A stretch of 26,938 nucleotides of DNA, taken from positions 1 through 26,938 of the forward strand of contig QNBZ01000001.1 of assembly GCA_003644295.1 (NCBI GenBank). Reading direction: 5' to 3'. This document shows positions 9,441-18,775 of this stretch, piece by piece (the first letter of the stretch is position 1; each line of letters starts with the position of its first letter). The notes beneath the pieces are model-generated. The model was not told the origin of the DNA. It saw only the letters and a program-made list of their open reading frames with translations, and did not search any database. A program made the position numbers and the translations under genes. Source of the DNA: Planctomycetota bacterium (lineage in GTDB: Bacteria; Planctomycetota; Phycisphaerae; Sedimentisphaerales; Anaerobacaceae).

Positions 9441-12400
9441 GCTTCAGGTCCAGGTATATTCCACGTTCTGGTGTCACCAACTTTGGTATACACTACAGTG
9501 AACTTATCAATCTCTACATTTAAATTAGAGAAGCCAACAACATATATCTCCCATTCGTAAGTGCTGTTATCCCAATAGCCTATAACTTCGCCGTCTTCTA
9601 AGCCTGCGTCATCAACGATGTCTGATAGCGTTGTAGTTGAGCCAGTATAACCAGTATAGTTAGCTCCTTTATTTGTTGAATTGATTAGAAGGACTGTTCT
9701 TGTAGCGCTGTAATTGATGTAGTTATTGGGAGTTGCATATATCTCAACGGTTCCGGTATCAGTGAGATAAATTCTAATGACATCGTAGGTGTGGATATAG
9801 AAGTCTTCGCCGGTGCCATCACCATAATAGAATATCCAAAGACCATTCTCAGAATCCCAAGTTGTGCCATTCCAGATTGCAATATATTCGGATGCCTCAT
9901 CGAATCCCGGAATGTCTTCAACAGCTTCAGACGCTGTGCAATTCTTTCCAACCCATATGAAATAGTCTTCTCCATCTGCACGAACTACCATGCGGAATGT
10001 GGACTTGACTTGAATATCAGGGTCATTTACTGTTCCATCTTCTCCATCGAAAGCGTAGAACAATATGTCATAGACGCCGGCCTTTAGTGTAGTGGAATAA
10101 GAATATAAGGCTCCGGTTAAATTATCACCAGAAACATATGTCATACTTGCATTTAAATACCATCCAGGTTTAGTGATATTAACTTTTATCTCACTTGGAG
10201 AATCATTATCTGGGTCAGAATATGTGATATTAAAATAGAAAACCGTGCTGCTTGCCTCTCCGACCGATGGTGTCGCTGACGGATTAGATAGTGTTGGCGG
10301 TGTGTTTTCAATAGTTCCTTCAATGTAAAGAGATGTACATCTGATTTTCGGTGATGGTATCGCCATAGCCGGGTCAAAGTAGAAACCAACCTCTAAGTTT
10401 GTCAAATCATTAGCTGTCCAGTTTTCATTTGTGAAGGGGTTCTTTGAAATATAGACGATAAATGTTTGGTAGTTTGTGTTGTCAACCCTTATCTTCGCAA
10501 TTCTTGTTAGTTGAAAGCCGGATTTCAATGTGACATATAGGTGATTATATGTACCACCGGTTGCTCTCGACACTATAACTATCTTCAAATATTTAAGCTT
10601 CGATGTCGTATCTTCAAAATTAAATGTCTCTTCGCCGATACCACCCTCGATGTATGTTGTGTCGCTATCGTGAGAAGAGCCATCATCGATACACTGCCAT
10701 TTGTAAGTTGCACCGTGTGCGGTAATATCATCATCATTGACTGTACCGTTGTCATTTGGAAGGAGAGTAAGGTCTGGTGTTGGATAATTTGTTCTGATAG
10801 TCTTAACAAAAGTCTTAGTTCTTGTCACGCCAGTCGATGAAATAGTATAGCGTAGAGTGTAGTTGCCATAGTCACTCATAAATGTTGTATTACTTATAGT
10901 TATCTGATTCTGCTCAGTGGAACCTACTCCTTCTTCCAGTGTTTGATACTCGCCATCAATTAGGCCTTCATATTTGTAGTAGTATGCATAACTTAATCCA
11001 TCAAGTCGACCATGAATTTGCGGCTGAAGTTGGTCGGTATCATTCTTTTCTATATAGAAGACTGACCAGCTGTTATCATAAGGATGTGTTTTGAACTTCA
11101 TGACTGCTTTGGAAGTGACAGAATCCGCTGTGCAAGTAACATTGATAAGATATGTTGTATCGGTGCTGGAGCATCCTGAGTACAGAGTTGAATAGATTCC
11201 GTAATTTTCCACATCACCATCAGAGAAAGATTTAGCGAGCTGCCAGTTTCCGTCTTTGAAATAAACATCTGCACTATCAATGTCCTTATTGTTGAAATTG
11301 ATAAATTTGAATTTAGCATAGGGATGACCTGGAATGCTGAATGTATTGTTCTTCATCGTGGGGCCGTAAACCTCAATGTTTGTGTATTCTGGATACTTTG
11401 GACGAAGAGTGGGGTCACCAAGTACTGATAATCCAGAAAAGGATGTTGTAAAGCCCTTTTCGTTCAATAAATTCATTATCGCATCACCGAATGTATAATT
11501 ATCTGCGTAGATGTATTGGATACACTGATACACAACAGGACCGCTGATAGTTTTTGTACTTCCAATAGTCATCACAGCCCCACCTACCTGCCAGAGAAGA
11601 ACTGGAAGAGTATCTTGGTTTGGAACATCATCCAGCCAAGCATTATCGCCACAACCGCAGGAAATCACGATAAAGGCTTTTTCTTCTGCACCAGTGTAGT
11701 TAAAACACCCATCATCTGGCGAATGGTCTGGGTCTTCCCACCAGTAACCTCCATGAGCCCTGACGAGATACATATAGAAGCCCTCTGTATAGCCTTCATG
11801 AGTTCCATTAAGATATTCCGTCATTTCGGATGAATTATGCACACTCTCATTAACACAGTGGTCAAAGCCCGGCGATTCCGGTGAGTCTAAGTAACCAACA
11901 TTGTCGAGGATGTTGAGATAGGTGTAATTCAGATAATCAGTCCATATTTCGTCATTCACTTCATATGTGCTTATGTTCATTGAGTACATAATGACGTTTT
12001 TATTAATCTCGGCATCATATGCCCGTGCTTCGTAAGCCTTTGTTTTATTGAACCAAGCATAGAATTGTGAATCTGTCTCGAAAGGAACTCTACCAACTGG
12101 AATATCTATCTTACCATCACTTAAATCGCTTCCGCCTTCACAGAAATAATCATCGTCGTCTTTGTTCTGTGTGCCGTTAAGTGCACCAAAGTACCACATG
12201 TCGACTGTTGCTACATCGTCCCACATTGGCTCTGATTCATAAGTCAACCTGTATGCTGTCTTACCAAATATCAATACAGCTTTGATAGCATTATCATTGT
12301 AAACTTTATCACGAATGAAATTTCTTACTTTACAAGCGGTATCATTGTAACCAGAAGCTGCATTCCAAGAAGACTGAGAAACATACCATGGATTTGAAGG

Positions 12401-14434
12401 ATTTTTGTCACCCCATGTCCCATCTGCCCAATAGTCTTCATCGTTTACAATGCTGTCTATGGTCTTAATGTAAACAACATATTCTGTGTTTGCCTCTTTC
12501 CACTCTTTGTATTCTGTCGCCAAATCATAGTCGCTTGCATCACAAATTACATAGATATGTGGACTGGTGGTCTTAAAATGCCAGATATCAGAAGAAGTAT
12601 TATGGATTGAATCATCAGCATAAACTCGCCAATAATATGTCGTTCCTTCTTCCGTAAATTCACTATAGGTATGAGAATAAGTTGCATTAGGTTCCTTATT
12701 TGTATCCGTTCCATCGTAATACCAAGTTGAGCCATCATAGGAATAGTACCATGAGATATTGAGAGTATCGCCATCTTCATCTGCAAAGTATGCTGAACAT
12801 GTAATACCACTTGGTGAAACAGGGATATCAACTGAGCCGTTTGCGGGATTAGGATTAGAGATGGTAGGTGCTTGGTTTGAAGTTACAGAATAAGTAATTC
12901 TCATTTTGATATAATCAACCTGACTTGCAGCGGATTGACCTGAAGAATTTACTACTCCTTGAGCAAATAGTTTGAAGTTTGAATTCGAGAAATCGTTTGG
13001 AACCCATTTGTGTGTTCCCCATAAATCATTACTACCACCTACAGAGACCGCTTCTTCTGAAGTACTTTCAAACTGTATTATTTTACTTTCGCTCCAGCTG
13101 CTTCCTCCATTCCATGAAAGTTTGACCGATATTCGAGAGTCATCTGGTTGAGGTATTACAAGCAATATATTACCCTCAAATACTACTTCAATACCCTTAA
13201 TAGTTGCATAACTTGGAATGTCAACATCGAATGTATAATAGTCCTCTTCATCCTTATCAGAGGAGCAATATACGATAGCATAATTGGCATCATCTTCTAA
13301 GGCATTTTGCGGATTCGTCCATTCGTTCTTGATGGAACCATAGTTCTCAGGGTCAAACCAATCAGTTGTGTGTGTCTCGCCCTCAGTGTGGAAGTGATAT
13401 GTCTCACTCACGTTTTCTGTTCCATCATCAACATATACCCGCCACCAATAAGTTTGGTCGTATTGATAAAATTCTTCATATGTATGAGAAACTGTTGTGT
13501 TTGCAGAAACGGTTTCTGTTGCGACATTATGCCATTCTCCTGTTGAAGCGTTTGTAGCCCACGTGACTGTGAGAGTGTCTCCGTCTTGGTCGCTGACATA
13601 TACAGAACAAGTAACTCCAGCATCTGATACTGCAACATTAGTAGAACCATTGGATGGATTTTCGTTGGATAATTCAGGTGCGGTGTTTCCGCCTGTAGTA
13701 TAATAGACAGTTATCCTAACATGGTCAATAAGAGCACTTCCACCATCTGGAGCATCTACTTTAGCAGAAATCGCAACACCAAACTTATCATCATTTATAT
13801 CATCAGGTGTCCAACTTGCTCCCCACAAATCATTGTCTCCACCATATGATGCATAGGCATCAGAGTCTGGCCAATGTGTATTAGTATCTGCCTTATCATC
13901 TCCAACAACTTCATCATATTTTATCAACCGTATGCTGTAATCAACTATATATCCATTCTTTAAATCCGCTTTCCTCTCGACTTCCACTTTTATACCATTT
14001 ATAGTCGCACCCGATGGAATGTTAAATCCGTATTGTTGAGTCCATAGATAATGAGTTCGAAAGATGCCCTTATATTCAGCATACGCATATTTATTGTCGG
14101 AGTCACAAGCACAATCTGGGTCTCTCCAGTCTATGGTCCCGACTTCATTATTATTTATTGCCTTATTGGGACTATTTGGTCCCTGAGAGTCCAAAGTGCC
14201 GGCTGTTGGAATTAGGATTGATGATGCAAGTAATGTGCTCGCTATTAGAAATTCTTTCCATCTACGCAATATAATATCCTTTGAAAATATCACTATAAGA
14301 CCTGAAGTGAATGCTGCGACTATAAACCCGAGAAGAGGAGAAATGTGCAGACCTGCTAGGCCAAAAATTCCCAATAATCCGCAGGTTAGGAGACTGAATA
14401 CCGCTATAAGAATTACCAAATCTAGCTTTTTCAT
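9437..14434 (-). CDS. Membrane-anchored/exported multidomain gingipain-like (peptidase C25) cysteine protease, 1665 aa
   Basis: N-terminal hydrophobic segments (aa ~4-78); two jelly-roll-like + Ig-like (NxAPxxSNxNPxNGS...YxWRVYxDD) pairs; C25 domain aa ~626-1012 with KVRNFIR, AVLIFG, DxWYFG, DIPVGRVP, RAHGG (His894), ISCGCG (Cys926), FGDA and LGDPTL; further beta domains; about 37 N-x-S/T sequons by hand count. Confidence 0.88.
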   Translation of the reverse strand: MKKLDLVILIAVFSLLTCGLLGIFGLAGLHISPLLGFIVAAFTSGLIVIFSKDIILRRWKEFLIASTLLASSILIPTAGTLDSQGPNSPNKAINNNEVGTIDWRDPDCACDSDNKYAYAEYKGIFRTHYLWTQQYGFNIPSGATINGIKVEVERKADLKNGYIVDYSIRLIKYDEVVGDDKADTNTHWPDSDAYASYGGDNDLWGASWTPDDINDDKFGVAISAKVDAPDGGSALIDHVRITVYYTTGGNTAPELSNENPSNGSTNVAVSDAGVTCSVYVSDQDGDTLTVTWATNASTGEWHNVATETVSANTTVSHTYEEFYQYDQTYWWRVYVDDGTENVSETYHFHTEGETHTTDWFDPENYGSIKNEWTNPQNALEDDANYAIVYCSSDKDEEDYYTFDVDIPSYATIKGIEVVFEGNILLVIPQPDDSRISVKLSWNGGSSWSESKIIQFESTSEEAVSVGGSNDLWGTHKWVPNDFSNSNFKLFAQGVVNSSGQSAASQVDYIKMRITYSVTSNQAPTISNPNPANGSVDIPVSPSGITCSAYFADEDGDTLNISWYYSYDGSTWYYDGTDTNKEPNATYSHTYSEFTEEGTTYYWRVYADDSIHNTSSDIWHFKTTSPHIYVICDASDYDLATEYKEWKEANTEYVVYIKTIDSIVNDEDYWADGTWGDKNPSNPWYVSQSSWNAASGYNDTACKVRNFIRDKVYNDNAIKAVLIFGKTAYRLTYESEPMWDDVATVDMWYFGALNGTQNKDDDDYFCEGGSDLSDGKIDIPVGRVPFETDSQFYAWFNKTKAYEARAYDAEINKNVIMYSMNISTYEVNDEIWTDYLNYTYLNILDNVGYLDSPESPGFDHCVNESVHNSSEMTEYLNGTHEGYTEGFYMYLVRAHGGYWWEDPDHSPDDGCFNYTGAEEKAFIVISCGCGDNAWLDDVPNQDTLPVLLWQVGGAVMTIGSTKTISGPVVYQCIQYIYADNYTFGDAIMNLLNEKGFTTSFSGLSVLGDPTLRPKYPEYTNIEVYGPTMKNNTFSIPGHPYAKFKFINFNNKDIDSADVYFKDGNWQLAKSFSDGDVENYGIYSTLYSGCSSTDTTYLINVTCTADSVTSKAVMKFKTHPYDNSWSVFYIEKNDTDQLQPQIHGRLDGLSYAYYYKYEGLIDGEYQTLEEGVGSTEQNQITISNTTFMSDYGNYTLRYTISSTGVTRTKTFVKTIRTNYPTPDLTLLPNDNGTVNDDDITAHGATYKWQCIDDGSSHDSDTTYIEGGIGEETFNFEDTTSKLKYLKIVIVSRATGGTYNHLYVTLKSGFQLTRIAKIRVDNTNYQTFIVYISKNPFTNENWTANDLTNLEVGFYFDPAMAIPSPKIRCTSLYIEGTIENTPPTLSNPSATPSVGEASSTVFYFNITYSDPDNDSPSEIKVNITKPGWYLNASMTYVSGDNLTGALYSYSTTLKAGVYDILFYAFDGEDGTVNDPDIQVKSTFRMVVRADGEDYFIWVGKNCTASEAVEDIPGFDEASEYIAIWNGTTWDSENGLWIFYYGDGTGEDFYIHTYDVIRIYLTDTGTVEIYATPNNYINYSATRTVLLINSTNKGANYTGYTGSTTTLSDIVDDAGLEDGEVIGYWDNSTYEWEIYVVGFSNLNVEIDKFTVVYTKVGDTRTWNIPGPEA

Positions 14435-16185
14435 ATTATGCTACCAGCCATGAAGCCTAGACATTTGACATCATCATCGTCGCTTACAGAGGCTCCTGAA
14501 TAAATTATTCGTATGGTGACATTTGAGCCTGCATCGACACTCGCAAGCGGATTGCCAATTTTCACAACATTACTCGATGTTGAATAAATTACGGTGCTTC
14601 CGCTGAGGAGCTCAATCTTTAAATCAGCCACAGAATTGCCATCAACATCTGATATGCAAGCCTGCCAGAGATAGAAGGATTTATTGCTTGGTAATTTGAA
14701 TCGTGCAAGTCTAATATAACGATTTCCTTTGAGACCAACTGCTGGAGAAGCAAACGTCAGGGGAGGAAGTGTATTTTGCCAAGAGCCATCCAAATAAGTG
14801 AGTGTATGTCCATCTGCCTCAGAGTCGATTGAAGTATCGGATAAATCAGACAGTGCATGAGTGTGTGTTGCAGAGGCGAAGGATGATGCATCATAAGAAG
14901 AAGATTTTATTTTATCTTCACCGGAATCATAAACAAGGAATTTGTCTGCTGTGAATGATGAATTGTTTGTTCCACCATTGCTAACAGCAAGAATGCCAGT
15001 AGCATTAGATAAATCTCTGTCAGAAGAGTGGTAATGTAGGTCTGTATCTCCACCACCAGTTAATGCATCTTTCTGAGTGGCAGTTAGGTGGATAGAAGAG
15101 TCCTGAGAGTGGTCATAAGCAGTATTCCAATTGGCAGAGTTGTCTGTTACATAAGAAGTAGAACCACCAGCGATTTTAACTAACCCATCAAAAGACGAGA
15201 CATCAGCGTTGAGGCCTCCACGCTCATATGCCAAAGTTCCAGAGTTTATATCAGAAGCATCATGAGTGTGAGTAGCTGGAGCAAAGGAATTTTCATCATA
15301 TGATGTTGATGCCAGCTTACTACCGTCATACGCAATGAACTTTCCAGTGGTGAATGAAGAATTATTTGTTCCACCATGGTCAATGGATAATATACCTGTC
15401 GCATTTGATAAATCCCTATCACTTGAATGATAGTGAAGTGAGCTATCACCGCCATCTGTCAAATCGTCTCTTTGAGTTATTGTGAGCTTTCCATAAGTCG
15501 TACCATCGGGAACATCATCAAGAGAAACTTGGTTTGTGCCAGTTCCCCAATCTATGTGGCTACTCTTTACTGTATCATTGGCGTCTTGAATTGCACCGAC
15601 TTGAGAATAGGTTACGTTGTGCGGATTGGATGTATTTGTAATATGGTCATGACCCGTAGAAGAGGGGAAATAGTTCTCATCGCACTGACTCTTTGTATAG
15701 TATCTATCATCATGTAAGTGAGAGCCGGAAGCAACTTGGTCGCTGCCGCTACCTATTTTGTTTTCATCAACTAAATCATCATAAGCAGAAAATCTAGCTG
15801 TGGAAAGCGTTCCAGATGTAATATCGCTAGCATCATGCGTATGCGAAGCAGGAGCAAAAGATGAAGAATTATAGGTTGTAGATGCAAGTTTCGTTCCGTC
15901 ATATGCAATGAAATAACCATCTGAGAAGCTCGTATTGTTTGTGCCTCCATGAGAAATGTCCAACACGCCGGTTGCATTTGATAGGTCTCTATCGGCTGAA
16001 TGATAGTGTAATGATGTGTCACCACCACCAGTGAGTTGTGATTTCTGTTCTGGTGTGAGATGAATATTATTATTGGAAGTATGCAATGCTAACTGACCTG
16101 ATATTCCTTCTGTGTAATCCACAAAATCATTCCAGTCTTCAGCAAGTATTATATCGCCTGGAGATTTTGTATCGTTAAATGCCAT
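14431..16185 (-). CDS. Tail fibre-like protein with His-x-His repeats, 584 aa
   Basis: Three ~85-aa repeats (LTGGGDxxLHYHSxDRDLSNATG...GGTNN...HTH), NPHxVTxxQVG motif, eight HxH motifs, distinct C-terminal beta domain. Confidence 0.8.
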   Translation of the reverse strand: MAFNDTKSPGDIILAEDWNDFVDYTEGISGQLALHTSNNNIHLTPEQKSQLTGGGDTSLHYHSADRDLSNATGVLDISHGGTNNTSFSDGYFIAYDGTKLASTTYNSSSFAPASHTHDASDITSGTLSTARFSAYDDLVDENKIGSGSDQVASGSHLHDDRYYTKSQCDENYFPSSTGHDHITNTSNPHNVTYSQVGAIQDANDTVKSSHIDWGTGTNQVSLDDVPDGTTYGKLTITQRDDLTDGGDSSLHYHSSDRDLSNATGILSIDHGGTNNSSFTTGKFIAYDGSKLASTSYDENSFAPATHTHDASDINSGTLAYERGGLNADVSSFDGLVKIAGGSTSYVTDNSANWNTAYDHSQDSSIHLTATQKDALTGGGDTDLHYHSSDRDLSNATGILAVSNGGTNNSSFTADKFLVYDSGEDKIKSSSYDASSFASATHTHALSDLSDTSIDSEADGHTLTYLDGSWQNTLPPLTFASPAVGLKGNRYIRLARFKLPSNKSFYLWQACISDVDGNSVADLKIELLSGSTVIYSTSSNVVKIGNPLASVDAGSNVTIRIIYSGASVSDDDDVKCLGFMAGSII

Positions 16186-16187
16186 AT

Positions 16188-16889
16188 TTATTCATATTTC
16201 ATTTCGACATTACCATTCTCGTCAGCATACAGCATAACTTTATAATTTCTACCAGCAATGGTTTCCTGAAAGCCGACGACATATAACCGCCATCTTCGTT
16301 CGCGAGTATATTGCTTGCTTGTCACTCTTATTAGTTCAAGATAGCCACCACATTTTGGGCAATGACCATGTCCACCCTTCTCAGGTGGAGTGGATTCAGT
16401 AGCGCTGAATAAATCGTATTTCTCTCCACATTGCTTACATTGCCAATAGTCGTGTTTTCCACAATGTGGACAGATTGGAGAACGCCAGTAGGAATCTCCA
16501 AAGAATTTGACGCTTCCAGTAGCCTGAAATTCTTTACCACAATTCTCACAAATTCTAAACTCTTCAATTGAGATAAAATTCCTCATAAAGAGGATAAAAC
16601 GTTTATTCTTATTAATCTCAACTTCAATTTTCGGAAGAAGAGGATTGGAAATTGCAGGTATCCCACGCTTATTCAATTCAACAGCTAAATCATATGGAAT
16701 GGGATACCAACCAATCTTAACCAACTTAGAGTTGTCAATAATCTTAATAGAGTTCTCTTTAAATGTATTCAAATCAAACTGACTTGCATAGGTTCCATCA
16801 TTATAATGTGCTATCCAAAAATATACGAGAGGGCGAGGCTGGGATGCCATTTCCACCGCCTTGTATGGCTTGTAATCTCCAATAAACAT
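16188..16889 (-). CDS. Hypothetical protein with four CxxC motifs (double zinc ribbon), 233 aa
   Basis: CENC, CPHC, CKQC, CPKC at aa 114-180. Confidence 0.8.
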   Translation of the reverse strand: MFIGDYKPYKAVEMASQPRPLVYFWIAHYNDGTYASQFDLNTFKENSIKIIDNSKLVKIGWYPIPYDLAVELNKRGIPAISNPLLPKIEVEINKNKRFILFMRNFISIEEFRICENCGKEFQATGSVKFFGDSYWRSPICPHCGKHDYWQCKQCGEKYDLFSATESTPPEKGGHGHCPKCGGYLELIRVTSKQYTRERRWRLYVVGFQETIAGRNYKVMLYADENGNVEMKYE

Positions 16890-16895
16890 TAAACA

Positions 16896-17522
16896 TTACG
16901 CCTCATCATACACGAACGTTGCAGTCTTCAAGTCCTTCAGGCCCGGTGTAGCTCCTGGACCAACAATAAGCTGTGTAACTACCAGATGTGACTGTCCTGT
17001 CTGAGAGGATGTGAATGCAACTCCAGCTTGTACCATAAGCGCGCTAGACTGCGAGGAGAAGTGTGTTATGCTCGTATACTTTCCAGGCGTAGATGAATAG
17101 TATGAGTGTGTCGTCTCGAGGGGGTCTCCAGTCTCACCTTCCGTACCAGTTGCCTGGTCGTACTGGCTAAATGGACATCCTTGTGTTTTCGTTCTCCAAT
17201 CACTCTCTGAGCTTGAAGAGACACCGACTATTAAATCACCGCCAGTTCCTAACTCCCAGTCATCATGTGGAGAGCTATCCCAAGTCTGATAATATCTGAT
17301 ATCTTTGATGTGTGTAGATGGCGGACTCGTAACGTCTAAACAGTGGCTCTTCCAATAGGAACGATTGGTCCCACTATCTGGAATCGGGATTGGATAGTCA
17401 GTTAGATTGGATTCTGGTCTGTCTGCAGTGTAGTATCTCGATGGATTGGATGTATCCTTCAGTGTGAGTGTGGGAGATGCTTCAGAACCTGTAACTTCCT
17501 TAATATATACCGTTGCAGGCAT
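16896..17522 (-). CDS. Hypothetical Ser/Thr-rich beta protein, probably structural, 208 aa
   Basis: Clean ORF co-oriented in the tail operon; ends TATFVYDEA; no family recognised with certainty. Confidence 0.75.
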   Translation of the reverse strand: MPATVYIKEVTGSEASPTLTLKDTSNPSRYYTADRPESNLTDYPIPIPDSGTNRSYWKSHCLDVTSPPSTHIKDIRYYQTWDSSPHDDWELGTGGDLIVGVSSSSESDWRTKTQGCPFSQYDQATGTEGETGDPLETTHSYYSSTPGKYTSITHFSSQSSALMVQAGVAFTSSQTGQSHLVVTQLIVGPGATPGLKDLKTATFVYDEA

Positions 17523-17578
17523 ATTCCATCTATACTCTATTTAAACATGAAGAGAAACATGAAATATACATCCAGAGC

Positions 17579-17785
17579 TCACTTACGTCTGAACCTCCGC
17601 TTCTTCTGTTCTTGCAGCATCTTCTTATATTGCTGTTCTCTGAGCTCAGCAAGATACAGCAAATATCTTTCTATAAACATCATGCCAATAGGGTCTTCAC
17701 GTCTTAACCGTCCGAGTTGTTTCGGTGTTACCCGGAAGAATTCACAAAGCTTTCCTTCGAGAAGGCCTAAATCACTCTTTACGAA
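17579..17785 (-). CDS. +1 frame extension of the tail assembly chaperone (G-T-like product, ~230 aa in total)
   Basis: Not in the ORF track. 68 open codons FVKSDLGLLEGKLCEFFRVTPKQLGRLRREDPIGMMFIERYLL...KKRRFRRK in the +1 frame; that frame is closed by TAA ~9 codons upstream and has no ATG until codon 35. Confidence 0.75.
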   Translation of the reverse strand, partial: FVKSDLGLLEGKLCEFFRVTPKQLGRLRREDPIGMMFIERYLLYLAELREQQYKKMLQEQKKRRFRRK

Positions 17786-18272
17786 AGGATTCGAGTTCTT
17801 CCTCGCTGATTAATGTGGAGCGTTGAGTAGCTGCTATGAGTTCGAATATGAAATTTTGGAGAGTCGTAAAGGAGACATGTTTTGACCAGAATTCTTCGTC
17901 TAGTTTTTCATCAACGGAAAGCCTAGCAGCAAGCTTAGGCAATTTCTGATATATCTCGGCCATCTTAGCTAAAGAGTCTGGGTCAGCACGTCCTTCGTAT
18001 TTCGCAGCTTCGGCAGAAAGCATCAATATATCTATCATTTCTTGTGGACTTGGCTTCTTTGCCTTTATTGTTCGCTTCGTTTCAGGTGATGTATAGAATG
18101 TCACAAAGATTGTATCTTCCTCATAATCTCTTTCAAGTTTTTCTCTAGTTGCGAGCTGTCTGAGCAGTTCAATTTTCTTCTTTTCTTCAGTCTTCTTCAA
18201 TTTTTCTAGGAACTCCTTCTTTTCCTCTTCACTAACATTTGGTCTTGTTTGGGACGTCTGCTTTTCAGCCAT
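17772..18272 (-). CDS. Tail assembly chaperone, 166 aa
   Basis: Acidic helical protein directly after the tail tube genes; ATG 18272 with AGGAGG 8 nt upstream; ends at a candidate frameshift site. Confidence 0.8.
   Translation of the reverse strand: MAEKQTSQTRPNVSEEEKKEFLEKLKKTEEKKKIELLRQLATREKLERDYEEDTIFVTFYTSPETKRTIKAKKPSPQEMIDILMLSAEAAKYEGRADPDSLAKMAEIYQKLPKLAARLSVDEKLDEEFWSKHVSFTTLQNFIFELIAATQRSTLISEEELESFRKE
17781..17789 (-). promoter_or_regulatory. Candidate +1 programmed ribosomal frameshift site TCC_TTT_CGT
   Basis: In-frame TCC TTT CGT AAA GAG TGA at the chaperone 3' end; TTT to TTC slip keeps Phe; identical to the influenza PA-X +1 motif UCC_UUU_CGU. Confidence 0.7.
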
Positions 18273-18280
18273 CAACAGAA

Positions 18281-18286
18281 CCTCCT
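18281..18286 (-). promoter_or_regulatory. Shine-Dalgarno AGGAGG for the chaperone gene
   Basis: AGGAGG 8 nt upstream of ATG 18272. Confidence 0.7.
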
Positions 18287-18330
18287 AACTATGAGCTCTG
18301 GACATTAAACATATAGGCTCAAATGTAACT

Positions 18331-18774
18331 TCAGAAGTCTTTGATGTATGTTCCACCGCCAGGCAGATATGTCACCGAAGATACTTTGTATGGCATTAGC
18401 AATGAAAAGTCTATGGACCCTTCAGTAATTGTGGACGCATCTCCAATGGATATATCAAATCCTGTTATCTGAGCAGATTTAAAGTAGAAGTGCAGAGATT
18501 TGTCGCCAACGCATCCAGATATTTCAACCGTATTACCATTTATAAGAGCCTCCAATAAAGCTCCAGCAGCTGAATGAGATAACTTTGCAGCTGTTAGAGA
18601 GCCCTCAACGCTGATTGGACCTTGCATATAGAAGTTTCCTTTTTCACCGACCAATGGCTCTTCAATGGTATCTCTTGAAAGAGTCAATGAGAAGTCTGAA
18701 ATACCTAATGCAGCATGAGACAGTCCTTTGATTGTTATGCTCGCATTTTCTCCGGTATAGGTTTCAGTCGCCAT
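18331..18774 (-). CDS. Tail tube protein paralog 2, 147 aa
   Basis: GISDFSLTLSRDTIEEPLVG...SVEGS...FDISIGDA...GSIDF tube-fold pattern; clearly homologous to the adjacent gene. Confidence 0.8.
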   Translation of the reverse strand: MATETYTGENASITIKGLSHAALGISDFSLTLSRDTIEEPLVGEKGNFYMQGPISVEGSLTAAKLSHSAAGALLEALINGNTVEISGCVGDKSLHFYFKSAQITGFDISIGDASTITEGSIDFSLLMPYKVSSVTYLPGGGTYIKDF

Positions 18775-18775
18775 A

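Noticed and set aside
17538-17545. TATA-like TTTAAATA upstream of the 208-aa gene
   Set aside because: Somewhat close to the ATG for an archaeal promoter and no clear BRE; unsupported without transcript data.
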